DNA from: Octopus vulgaris
Taxonomy: Eukaryota
Length of the DNA: 64,000 nt
Assembly: GCA_951406725.2 (NCBI GenBank)
Contig: OX597843.1
Coordinates: 11,222,001-11,286,000, forward strand
Direction: 5' to 3'
Of the stretch, positions 52,511 through 64,000 are shown in pieces (position 1 is the stretch's first letter; every line of letters starts with the position of its first letter). The notes beneath the pieces are model-generated. The model was not told the DNA's origin and did no database searches. It saw only the letters and a program-made list of their open reading frames with translations. A program made the position numbers and the translations under genes.

Positions 52511-53101
52511 ATTTTCCTCGAATGAGGCTTTTACATGCCGAAGACTACTTGGTGTAATTGATAATTATTCCAAATTAATTAATTTCACCCTTCATTATTA
52601 CGGATAACCATATTTTATCTCAGTAGATGACCACAGCATCTTGTTTTGGCTACACGCGGGTGGGAAGGGGCTGGTGACACAATCTTTTCATTCACACATT
52701 GAATTTGGTGATACTAGTTGCGGATTCTAGCTCGCTCTGATACTGAGTTGAGTTGATGCCTTCTAGTATCTCAAAATTCAATATATAATCATTTATGATT
52801 ATAGTATTCTACGCTGAAGAGAAAGAAGTTCTTGGTAAGATAGAATTATTTAATATTTAATTCTTATGCTTTCCTAAAAACTTGATTTCGAAACGTACGT
52901 CCGTAGATAACTTAAAATTGTATGATAGATTGCCGTCAATTCATTCCCTCTTACCTGTTTGTGTCTGCCTTCCAATTGCTGTTTTTACTGAGATCTCCCT
53001 TTTAGTAGAAGAAATAGCTATAACTCTTTGACTGCTATTTCTAAATTCGGTATGTGGTAAGGCAATTCGTTGCCAAACCCTTTATTGCTTAGTATTACTT
53101 A
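52511..53101 (+). mobile_element. ~590-bp non-coding hammerhead-bearing element (retrozyme or Penelope pLTR-like) between (TA)n tracts
   Basis: Contains the 52808-52907 hammerhead; both ends are homologous to 47351-47560 in opposite orientation; followed by an A-run and (TA)n. Confidence 0.6.
52808..52907 (+). ncRNA. Type I hammerhead ribozyme motif with long stem II and palindromic stem III
   Basis: TCTACG-CTGAAGA-GAAA(g)AAGTT...AACTT(ga)TTTC-GAAA-CGTACG-TC-CGTAGA: perfect 6-bp stem I, intact core, GUC triplet. Confidence 0.75.
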
Positions 53102-53103
53102 AA

Positions 53104-53149
<46 letters not shown>

Positions 53150-53319
53150 TCATCGTTTAACATCCGCTTTCCATGCTAGCATGGGTTGGATGGTTTGACC
53201 GGGGTCTGGGAAGCCAGGAGGCTGCACCAGGCCCAGTCTGCTCTGGCAATGTTTCTCCAGCTGGATGCCCTTCCTAACGCCAACCATGAGTGTAGTGGGT
53301 GCTTTTTACATGCCAATAT

Positions 53320-53625
53320 ATGTATGTATGTATATATGTATGTATGTATGTATGTATATATATATATATATATATATTCATATACATACATATACATACA
53401 TACATATATATACATACATACATACATATATATACATACATACATACATATATATACATACATACATACATACATATATATACATACATACATACATATA
53501 TATACATACATACATACATATATACATATACACATATACATACATACATATATATACATACATACATACATACATATATACATACATACATACATACATA
53601 TATATACATACATACATACATATAT

Positions 53626-53690
<65 letters not shown>

Positions 53691-53950
53691 CATACATACA
53701 TATACATACATACATACATATATACATACATATATATACATACATACATACATATATATACATACATACATACATATATATACATACATACATACATATA
53801 CATACATACATACATATATATACATACATACATACATACATATACATACATACATACATACATATATATACATACATACATATATATACATACATACATA
53901 TATATACATACATACATATACATACATACATATACATACATACATATATA

Positions 53951-53982
<32 letters not shown>

Positions 53983-54046
53983 CATATATATACATACATA
54001 CATATATATACATACATACATACATATATATACATACATACATACA

Positions 54047-54078
<32 letters not shown>

Positions 54079-54134
54079 CATACATACATACATATACATA
54101 CATACATATATATACATACATACATACATATACA

Positions 54135-54166
<32 letters not shown>

Positions 54167-54304
54167 CATACATACATATACATACATACATATATATACA
54201 TACATACATACATATACATACATACATACATACATATACATACATACATACATATACATACATACATATATATACATACATACATATATATACATACATA
54301 CATA

Positions 54305-54336
<32 letters not shown>

Positions 54337-54877
54337 CATATATATACATACATACATATATACATACATACATACATATATATACATACATACATATATA
54401 TACATACATACATATATATACATACATACATACATATATACACATACATACATACATATATACATACATACATACATATATACATACATACATATATATA
54501 CATACATACATACATACATATATATACATACATACATACATATATATACATACATACATACATATACATACATACATACATACATATACATACATACATA
54601 CATATATATACATACATACATATATATACATACATACATATATATACATACATACATACATATATATACATACATACATATATATACATACATACATATA
54701 TATACATACATACATATATATACATACATACATATATATACATACATACATACATATATATACATACATACATACATATATATACATACATACATATATA
54801 TACATACATACATATATATATATATATACATACATACATATATATACATACATACATATATATACATACATACATAC

Positions 54878-54923
<46 letters not shown>

Positions 54924-55038
54924 CATACATATATATACATACATACATATATATACATACATACATATATATACATACATACATATATATACATACATAC
55001 ATATATATACATACATACATATATATACATACATACAT

Positions 55039-55091
<53 letters not shown>

Positions 55092-55155
55092 CATATATAT
55101 ACATACATACATATATATACATACATACATATATATACATACATACATACATACA

Positions 55156-55187
<32 letters not shown>

Positions 55188-55251
55188 CATACATACATAC
55201 ATATACATACATACATATACATACATACATACATACATATACATACATACA

Positions 55252-55283
<32 letters not shown>

Positions 55284-55473
55284 CATACATACATACATAT
55301 ACATACATACATATATATACATACATACATACATATACATACATACATACATACATATACATACATACATACATATACATACATACATATATATACATAC
55401 ATACATATATATACATACATACATATATATACATACATACATATATATACATACATACATATATATACATACA

Positions 55474-55509
<36 letters not shown>

Positions 55510-55568
55510 CATACATACATACATATATATACATACATACATATATATACATACATACATATATATAC

Positions 55569-55607
<39 letters not shown>

Positions 55608-55653
55608 CATACTATATATATACATACATACATATATATACATACATACATAC

Positions 55654-55690
<37 letters not shown>

Positions 55691-55705
55691 GTATATATAT
55701 ATATC
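53320..55705. repeat. 2.4-kb (CATA/TATA)n microsatellite
   Basis: Direct reading. Confidence 0.97.
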
Positions 55706-55804
55706 TCTGTGCTTGAGAAATCTCATCAAGCCATGTGAAATTGTAGTAGTGGTTGAGGCCGGTGTCATGTAACAGGCACCTGTGTTGGTGACATATAAAA
55801 AGGC

Positions 55805-55960
55805 ACCTATGCCAGGAACTCATAAAAGCACCAATGCCAGGGACCCATAAAAAGCACCAATGCCAGGGACCCATAAAAAGCACCAATGCCAGGGACCCAT
55901 AAAAAGCACCAATGCCAGGGACCCATAAAAAGCACCAATGCCAGGGACACATAAAAGGCA
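55805..55960. repeat. ~26-bp minisatellite, ~5 copies
   Basis: cataaaaagcaccaatgccagggacc. Confidence 0.9.
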
Positions 55961-56504
55961 CCCATTACACTTTTGGAATGGGTGGTGTTTGGGAAGGGCG
56001 TCTAGCTGTAGAAAGCATGCCAGATCCAGCAGACCATTGAGTATGACTGCTTTCATGTAATATCCTTCCCTGTAACTCCATGAGGGCAGTCTCTCTCTGC
56101 CTTGTGATAGCCATTGTGTAAACTCTGCTCTTAATAACCCTAGCACTACCTTTGCTCTGGGAGTCATTGTGTGGCCTCCGGTGGTGGTGGTGGTGAGACC
56201 TTTGTTATCATTGTGTGTAACAGCTGGACGCTATTTATAGCAGGTCTGGCAACAAAAAAGTGAAAAGCTGTGATGGTGGTGGTGGTGGTGGTGGTGGTCA
56301 TCCTCATGGCAGCAGAAGTGGTGGTGCTGGTGGCAGAGACTACAAAGGTGGTGGTGGTGGTGGAGGTGGTGACAGCATTGTTAAAGTAGTGTCAGTGATG
56401 GTTGTGATAAAAATGTAGTGGTGGTGGTGGTGGTGATGTAATAGTGGGGGGGATATGGTGGTGTCAATGTTAGTACCAAGGCTGCGATGGTAGTAAATTG
56501 ATGA

Positions 56505-56738
56505 AGGCGGCGAGCTGGCAGAATAGTTAGCATGTCAGGTGAAATGCGTAGCCGTATTTCGTCTGCCATTACGTTCTGAGTTCAAATTCCGCCAAGGTCG
56601 ACCTTGCCTTTCATCCTTTCGGGGTTGATAAATTAAGTACCAGTTACGCACTGGGGTCGATGTAATCGACTTAATCCGTTCGTCTGTCCTTGTTTGTCCC
56701 TCCTATGTTTAGCCCCTTGTGGGTAATAAAGAAATAGG
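56505..56738 (+). mobile_element. SINE family 2, single unit
   Basis: Match to other copies. Confidence 0.85.
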
Positions 56739-57001
56739 TAGTAAATTGATGTTATTGTTAGGATGGCAATGGTGTAGTGGTTGTGATGTTGAAGTGGTAG
56801 GGGTGGTATTGCTAGTGGTGGTATTAGTTGTGATGTGTGCATGGTGGTGGTGGTGATGGTAGTGGTGGTGATCGTGTTGGTGGTGTTGATGGTTGGGTGG
56901 AGGTTGACTGGTGATGGTAGTGGTGGTGGTGATGATGATAGTGGTGGCGGAGATGGTGGGGATGATGGGTGGTGTTGTTGTTGTTGTGGTGGTGGTGGTA
57001 T

Positions 57002-57738
57002 TACTCTCTTTTACTTGTTTCAGTCATTTGACTGTGGCCATGCTGGAGCACCGCCTTTAGTTGAGCAAATCGACCCCAGGACTTATTCTTTTGTAAGCCA
57101 AGTACTTATTCTATCGGTCTATTTTGCCGAACCACTAAGTAACGGGGACATAAACACACCAGCATCGGTTGTCAAGCAATGCTAGGGGGACAAACACAGA
57201 CACACAAACACACACACGCATATATATATATACATATATACGACGGGCTTCTTTCAGTTTCCATCTACCAAATCCACTCACAAGGCATTTGTTGGCCCAG
57301 GGCTATAGTAGAAGACAGTTGCCCAAGGTGCCACGCAGTGGGACTGAACCCGGAACCATGTGGTTGGTAAACAAGCTACTTACCACACAGCCACCTCTAC
57401 GCCTATACGATGGGCTTCTTTCAGTTTCCATCTACCAAATCCACTCACAAGGCTTTGGTCGGCCTGAGGCTATAGTAGAAGACACTTGCCCAAGGTGCCA
57501 CGCAGTGGGACTGAACCCGGAACCATGTGGTTGGTAAACAAGCTACTTACCACACAGCCACCTCTGCGCCTATACAATGGGCTTCTTTCAGTTTCCATCT
57601 ACCAAATCCACTCACAAGGCTTTGGTCGGCCCGGGGCTATAGCAGAAGACACTTGCCCAAGATGCCACGCAGTGGGACTGAACCCGGAACCATGTGGTTG
57701 GTAAACAAGCTACTTACCACACAGCCACTCCTGCGCCT
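57002..57738 (-). mobile_element. SINE family 1 with three tandem ~166-bp heads
   Basis: Head unit repeated at ~57239, 57406 and 57572. Confidence 0.9.
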
Positions 57739-58057
57739 GTATGGCTAACGTTGCTGTTTTCCTTTGTTGTTCATTTTCCAATCCACCCTGTTCAAACTGC
57801 TCCCACCCTTTAACTCAGAGACATAATGTAATCTAGTTCCTCAGAAGGTCCGGATGCAAAGTTCAAGAAGGCTTTGGCTAACATTTCTAGCAGGCTTACA
57901 AGACCACATAGAGGGGTTTGGCTGATTCTTCCCAGAAACGATGGTGATGTAAGCGCTTGGCAACAGTTGGTAGTGATGATGGCAGTAAGAATAATGGCAG
58001 AGATGGTGGCTGTGGTGATAATGCCCGCTACTTTGGTGATGAAGATGAAAAGAATCA

Positions 58058-58435
58058 GTGATGATGATGATGACGATGGTAGTGATGATGATGATGGTAG
58101 CGATGATGATGATGGTTATGATGATGATGATGATGATGATGACGATGATGATAGTGATGATGATAGTGATGATGATGATGATACTGATGATGATTATGAT
58201 GGTTGTGATGATGATGATGGTTGTGATGATGATAGTGATGATAATGATGGTTGTGATGATGACGATGATGATGATGGCTGTGATGACGATGGTAGTGATG
58301 ATGATGATGATTATGATGGTAGTGATGATGACGATGGTAGTGATGATGATGATAATGATGATGATGATTACAATGGTAGTGATGATGATGATAATGATGG
58401 TAGTGATGATGATGGTGGTGGTGGTGGTGGTGGTG
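58058..58435. repeat. (GAT)n complex repeat
   Basis: Direct reading. Confidence 0.95.
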
Positions 58436-58864
58436 ATCATGGCAGTGAACGTAATGGCAGCCCTGTATGGAGAAAAAAAAACAGAAACAAAAGCAAGAGA
58501 AACAGAAACTAAGAAGAAAGGTCATTAATCCAGCACTTCATCAAAAGCAATCAGCTAATGAGTAACTCCACCCACCCTACCCTGCTCTGACACACACACA
58601 CACACACATTGCAACACACACAGCTGCTTTTATTATCTGTGTGTGTAGTAAAATAAGCACACACATTAAGTAGACAGATGTGTGTACGTACATACACATA
58701 CACACACACATATATATATATACACACACACACTTTACAAATACATTTACCAAGATGTGTGTGTGTATCTAAATATATATATATGTTTTACACACACACA
58801 CACACACACAAACAAATACACACACCCATGTACAGTGACCATCTAGCTGAGAGACATTCTAGTC

Positions 58865-59065
58865 CAGTGCTTTTCAACCATTTTGCTGGAGCGGAACCCC
58901 AAGGAAACATTCCACTGGCTCGAGGAACCCCTGTGCAATAATTTAATAGTCTTATGCACACATATCTGCACAGGAGAATTAAAAATTACTGCCGATTATA
59001 GCAGTTTTGTAACTTCTTGTGGAACCCCTGGACTGTACTGGCGGAACCCTGGTTGAAAACCACTG
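58865..59065. mobile_element. hAT-type MITE
   Basis: TIR cagtgcttttcaacc / ggttgaaaaccactg; perfect 8-bp TSD ttctagtc. Confidence 0.88.
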
Positions 59066-59312
59066 TTCTAGTCTCTCTCCCTCCACTTTTTTTTATCTCC
59101 TTATGCTTTCTTTCTGCAGAAGAGCAAACGCTCAAAATGTAAAAAAAACTTTTCCTTCTATTTTGTCCTGAGCATAAACTTAATACACTGTTTGTTTAAT
59201 CTTGAAGTCTTGCATTTATCATCATCATTCAACGTCTGTTGTCCATGCTGGCATGGGTTGGACAGTTTGACCAGGGCAGGCAAATCACACTCACACCCAT
59301 GAGCTCACAAGA

Positions 59313-59786
59313 TTAACCCTTTTGATACCAACTTGGCTGAAACTGCCTCTGGCTCTGTTGTACAAATATCTTGTTTTCATAAGTTTTGAATTAAAATCTT
59401 CCACCAAACCTTAGTCACAATTTATGTTCCTAATACAAGCTTAATAATAACTTAGTTATTTTACTAAATCCTTTGTTATATTTGAAGTAACTGAAAGAAA
59501 CACAGAGCATCTCAACAGAAATATGGTAACAAAAGGGTTAAAGTCACCATGATATTTTTAACCCTTTTGATACCAACCCAGCTGAAACCAGCTCTGGTTC
59601 TGTAGTACAAATGTCTTGTTTTCATAAGTTTTGAATTAAAATCTTCCACCAAACCTTAGTCACAATTTATGTTCCTAACACTAGCTTAATGATAACTAAG
59701 TTATTTTACTAAATTCTTTGTTATATTTAAAGTAATTGAAAGAAACACAGAGCATCTCAAAATAAATGCAATAACAAAAGGGTTAA
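59313..59786 (+). mobile_element. Tandem dimer of the second TTAA MITE family
   Basis: Two copies separated by agtcaccatgatattt. Confidence 0.85.
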
Positions 59787-59849
59787 GAATGCTCAGCTAC
59801 AGAGGGATGCAGGGGACATGCCCGTATGCAAGGACAATCACAATTTTAC

Positions 59850-60025
59850 TTAGCTTGACGTGTTTTCTCAAACACAACCAAGCCATCAGGAGTCTTGGTC
59901 CCCCTGTCAACCCCTCTGTCAAGACCAATATCTGAAGATCCTTCCTCACCATTTCGTTCCACGTCTTCCTGGGTCTACCCTTTCCACAGGTTCTCTCCAC
60001 AATTAGAGACTGCACCTCAAACACT
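59850..60025 (-). mobile_element. RTE LINE 3' remnant
   Basis: VERTCGKGRPRKTWNEMVRKDL (GRP.K.W motif). Confidence 0.6.
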
Positions 60026-60499
60026 TTAATTCAGCTCCATGCAACCTGAAGTTTCATAGGTCCATCCATCGAACCTATCGTGTGAGACCCAGAGATCTGG
60101 GTTGGAAGAGTTAGGTTCAGTGGATGAACCAAGGAAACTAAGTTGTATGGGGCCAAAACAAACTTATTAAGTATATCATTATCATCATCCAGTGTTTTAA
60201 ATCTGGGTTTTGTCCCCGTTAACAGGGGTAGCCAGATCTACCTCAATGCCATAGCAACCGAGGTAGGCAGGTGCAGCCCACCCCAACCTTTCGGCTGGCT
60301 GGTGCCCATTCTCCTTTGCTATCATGAGGCTTTTCAGAGCTGGGTTTTCTACGGGAAGGATGCCCTTGATTATCCCCAACCTCAGTTTCTAGACACGAGT
60401 GGTCCCACAACCAAGGCCTCTATCATGATTATTAAGGAATGTGGTGGAAAACTAGCTCAGGAGGACAGGGACGCTACTCCCTGAGAGCCACCTCGACTA

Positions 60500-60820
60500 G
60501 TTTCTGTGCCAGTGGCACATAAAAAGCACCATCCGAATCGTGGCGATGCCAGTGCCGCCTCGACTGGCTTCCATGCCAGTGGCACGTAAAATGCGCCAGT
60601 CCGATCGTGGCCGTTGCCAGCCTCGCCTGGCACCTGTGCAGGTGGCACGTAAAAAGTACCCACTACACTCACGGCGTTAGGAAGGGCATCCAGCTGTAGA
60701 AACACTGCCAGATCAGACTGGAGCCTGGTGCAGCCTTCTGGCTTCCCAGATCCCCCGGTCGAACCGTCCAACCCATGCTAGCATGGAGAACGGACGTTAA
60801 ACGATGATGATGATGATGAT
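60500..60820 (+). mobile_element. SINE-like family 3
   Basis: Match to other copies, (GAT)n tail. Confidence 0.8.
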
Positions 60821-61139
60821 GTAACTTAGTGGTTTGGCAAAAGGAACAGATAGAATAAGTGCAAAGCTTAACAAAGCAATGGGGTTCAACTCCTTCAAAT
60901 AAAACAAAAAATAAAAGATGAAGTCAGAGCTGCAAGGTCTGCGTTTGATGGGATGTGGGACTTGTTGATTGAGTAACAGGTGGGTGCGATGGCTCTGGTA
61001 GTGTTGAGTTGGGCAGGCTTTTGATGGAGAAATATCAGAGAAAAGACAATGAGAAAGATGGGGAGGGAGAAGGGGAGAATGGAAGAGACAAAGAGTGAGG
61101 GAGAGCACGGGAGAGAGGGGGGAAGAGAAACAAAGGCAA

Positions 61140-61445
61140 AGGGTGAGGGAGAGTAGAGGCGAAGAGCGAGGGAAAACAAAGGTGAGGAGTGAGAGAAAAC
61201 AAAGGTGAGGAGTGAGGGAGAGCAGAGGCGAGGAGTGAAGGAGAGCAAAGGCGAGGAGTGAGGGAGAGCAGAGGCGAGGAGTGAAGGAGAGCAGAGGCGA
61301 GGAGTGAGGGAGAGCAGAGGCGAGGAGTGAGGGAGAGCAAAGGCGATGAGTGAATGAGAGCAGAGGCGAGGAGTGAGGGAGAGCAGAGGCGAGGAGTGAG
61401 GGAGAGCAGAGGCGAGGAGTGAGGGAGAGCAGAGGCGAGGAGTGC
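61140..61445. repeat. ~23-bp polypurine minisatellite
   Basis: gagtgagggagagcagaggcgag repeated. Confidence 0.9.
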
Positions 61446-63286
61446 ATGTAGGGTGAGAGGGGGAGGAGAGGCAGAGGACTTGAAAACAGATTAAAAACAA
61501 AGGAGCTATAATGATGCACAGAACAGTGGTTGTCATGGTGGTGGTGGTGGTGGTGATGGACCTGTTTACACTGGGGTAGCAGTGATGGTGATGATGATAG
61601 TGATGATGATGATGATGTGGGGTGGGGGAGAAGGGAATCTGTGCAGTAGTAGTGGTCATGGTGAACAGAGAGAGAGAGAGTAGTGTTCGTGGTGGTGGTG
61701 GAAGCAACAGTTGTGGGGGGGAGCGCCATCTATATTATATTGGCGGCGATGGGGGTGATAGTAGTGGTGGTGGGTTGTGGTGCTGATGCTGGTAGAGGTG
61801 GAGGCGGTGGTAATACTGATAGTGATGGTGGTGGTGGTGGTGGTAGTGGTAAATGGTGTTGATATTTGTGGTGATGGCAGTGGTAGTGGTGATGGTGGTG
61901 GTGGTAGTAAATGGTGTTGATATTTGTGGTGATGGCAGTGGTGGTGGTGGTGGTGGTAGCGATGAATGAATGCCCTGCTACAGCAGTTGAAGGAGGTAAC
62001 AACAAAGGTGGTGGTGGTGACGGTGGTGGTGCCGGCAACGGTGAAGGTGATGGTGATCATACAGGTAAGACTTGGTCCGCAGTGGTAGTGGTAGTGGTAG
62101 GCTGGAGATGGCAGAGTTGGTGGTGGAGAAGACAAGAAGGTAAAGACACTGGGTCAGGTAATCATCATCATCATCATCGTCATCACCAGCACCGGGGGGG
62201 GGGGGGGATGTAGGTGATGATATAACGCAGGTGAGATTTGGTCATCAGTTATTGTCTTTGGTGGTGGTGGTGATCATACAGGTAAGACTTGGTAGCAGTG
62301 GTGGTGGTAGTGGTCGGCGGCTGGAGATGGCACAGTCGGTGGTGGAGAAGACAAGAAGGTAAAGACACTGGGTCAGGTAATCATCATCATCGTCATAGTC
62401 ATCACCAGCACCGGGGGGGGGGGGGGGGGGTGTGATGATATAACGCAGGTGAGATTTGGTCATCAGTTATTGTTGTCTTTTGTGGTGGTGGTGGTGGTGG
62501 TGATCATACAGGTAAGACTTGATCATACAGGTAAGACACTGGGTCAGGTAATCATCATCATCATCATCATCATCGTCGTCACCAGAACCGGGGTGGGAGG
62601 GAATGTAGGTGATGATATGACGCAGGTAAGATTTGGTCATCAGTTATTGTTGTCTTTTGGTGGTGGTGGTGCCGAAGTACATTAGATGATAATACAGGTG
62701 AGACTTATTCATGGTGGTGGTGATGGTGGTGTTGGTGAAAGGGAGGGTGGTGATCACTGAACTGCCAATAGCCCTGGGGGAAGCGGGGAGATGGTGACAA
62801 GAGGTGATAATACTGTTATTAGCAGTGGTGGATATAATGAAGGGACAGGTGGGGAAGGAGGGGGGGCGATAATGATGATGGTGTTGTTGTTATTGTTGTT
62901 GTTGGCAGTGGTGGTTAACTGGAAGTGTTTCATTATTTGGAAGTTGCTGCGGATGCTATTTATGGGGTTAAGGGGTCAGAGGTTTGAAATGATATTCTCC
63001 ACCCCCCCTTCGAATGCCATTCTACCCTCAGAAACTAGTCATTACTAAAGATGCAAAGACAGCTCAGTGAGGAACAAAGCAACAAGACAAGAGAGAGAGA
63101 GAGAGAGAGAGAGAGTGTATGTGTGTGTGTGTGAGAATGAGTGAGGTTATTTAGGGTTATCTTTACAAACACACAAGACATTAGAACAATAAGCAGATGG
63201 CAATTTAAAAAAAAGATATATATGTATATATATATTTCGTTTCCTTTCTGTTGCCCCAGTAAGTTTTATATATATATGTATATATA

Positions 63287-63683
63287 TACTCTTTACTCTT
63301 TTACTCTTTTACTTGTTTCAGTCATCTGACTGCGGCCATGCTGGAGCACCGCCTTTAGTCGAGCAACTTGACCCCGGGATTTATTCTTTGTAAGCCCAGT
63401 ACTTATTCTATCGGTCTGTTTTTGCCGAACCGCTAAGTGACGGGGACGTAAACACACCAGCTTCGGTTGTCAAGCAATGCTAGGGGGACAAACACACATA
63501 TATATATATATATACATATATACGACAGGCTTCTTTCAGTTTCCGTCTACCAAATCCACTCACAAGGCATTGGTCGGCCCGAGGCTATAGCAGAAGACAC
63601 TTGCCCAAGATGCCACGCAGTGGGACTGAACCCGGAACCATGTGGTTGGTTAGCAAGCTACTTACCACACAGCCACTCCTGCG

Positions 63684-63746
<63 letters not shown>

Positions 63747-63905
63747 TACGACAGGCTTCTTTCAGTTTCCGTCTACCAAATCCACTCACAAGGCATTGGT
63801 CGGCGCGAGGCTATAGCAGAAGACACTTGCCCAAGATGCCACGCAGTGGGACTGAACCCGGAACCATGTGGTTGGTTAGCAAGCTACTTACCACACAGCC
63901 ACTCA
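63287..63905 (-). mobile_element. SINE family 1 with duplicated head
   Basis: Body plus two heads separated by (TA)n. Confidence 0.9.
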
Positions 63906-64000
63906 TGTCCTTCGATGGATTGTGCAAAAAACATCCAATTCACTGGTACAAGTCAGTTGAATAGCACATAAATATAGGTGTAATTCAAATTGCAAACAAT

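Noticed and set aside
53176-55772. Very long ORFs (563-850 aa) of YIHT/MYVC repeats
   Set aside because: Translations of a (CATA/TATA)n microsatellite that lacks stop codons; open on both strands. The same applies to 48361-50203 and 19558-20296.
57874-58528. Asp-rich 212-aa ORF and poly-Met/poly-His ORFs
   Set aside because: (GAT)n microsatellite open in several frames; no splice or homology support
59108-59146. Hammerhead-like remnant ctgcagaa-gagc-aaac-gctc-aaaatgta
   Set aside because: Core is mutated (CUGCAGA; GAAA changed to AAAA); at best a dead copy
40460-64000. Search for the first TBC1D10 coding exon (expected D[KR]xGF motif, phase-2 donor)
   Set aside because: Not found by eye; the region is repeats and low-complexity sequence, so the exon is probably outside the window

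Overview
Eukaryotic, repeat-dense genomic DNA. The SINE families and microsatellite load look like an octopus (coleoid cephalopod) genome; this is an inference from remembered repeat sequences. One protein-coding gene is supported: a minus-strand TBC1D10 (EPI64/whacked-type) Rab-GAP. Eight phase-consistent exons lie between 40459 and 19443, and a large terminal exon lies at 3667-2001. The first coding exon was not found and probably lies beyond 64000. The gene appears to have two alternative C-termini, ...KSTL* by read-through and ...ESRL* via a non-canonical GC donor. Both are class I PDZ-binding motifs. The introns contain tRNA-derived SINEs, LINE fragments (RTE, CR1/L2-like, HERO-like, R4/Dong-like), a deleted mariner, hAT and piggyBac-type MITEs, Helitrons and simple repeats. 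The most unusual signals are: three different type I hammerhead-ribozyme motifs, one sense to the host pre-mRNA; a ~590-bp hammerhead-bearing element whose second copy is circularly permuted and folded back (retrozyme/Penelope-like); a five-arm alternating palindrome just downstream of the isoform-deciding site; and two SINE-derived 137-140-bp tandem arrays.
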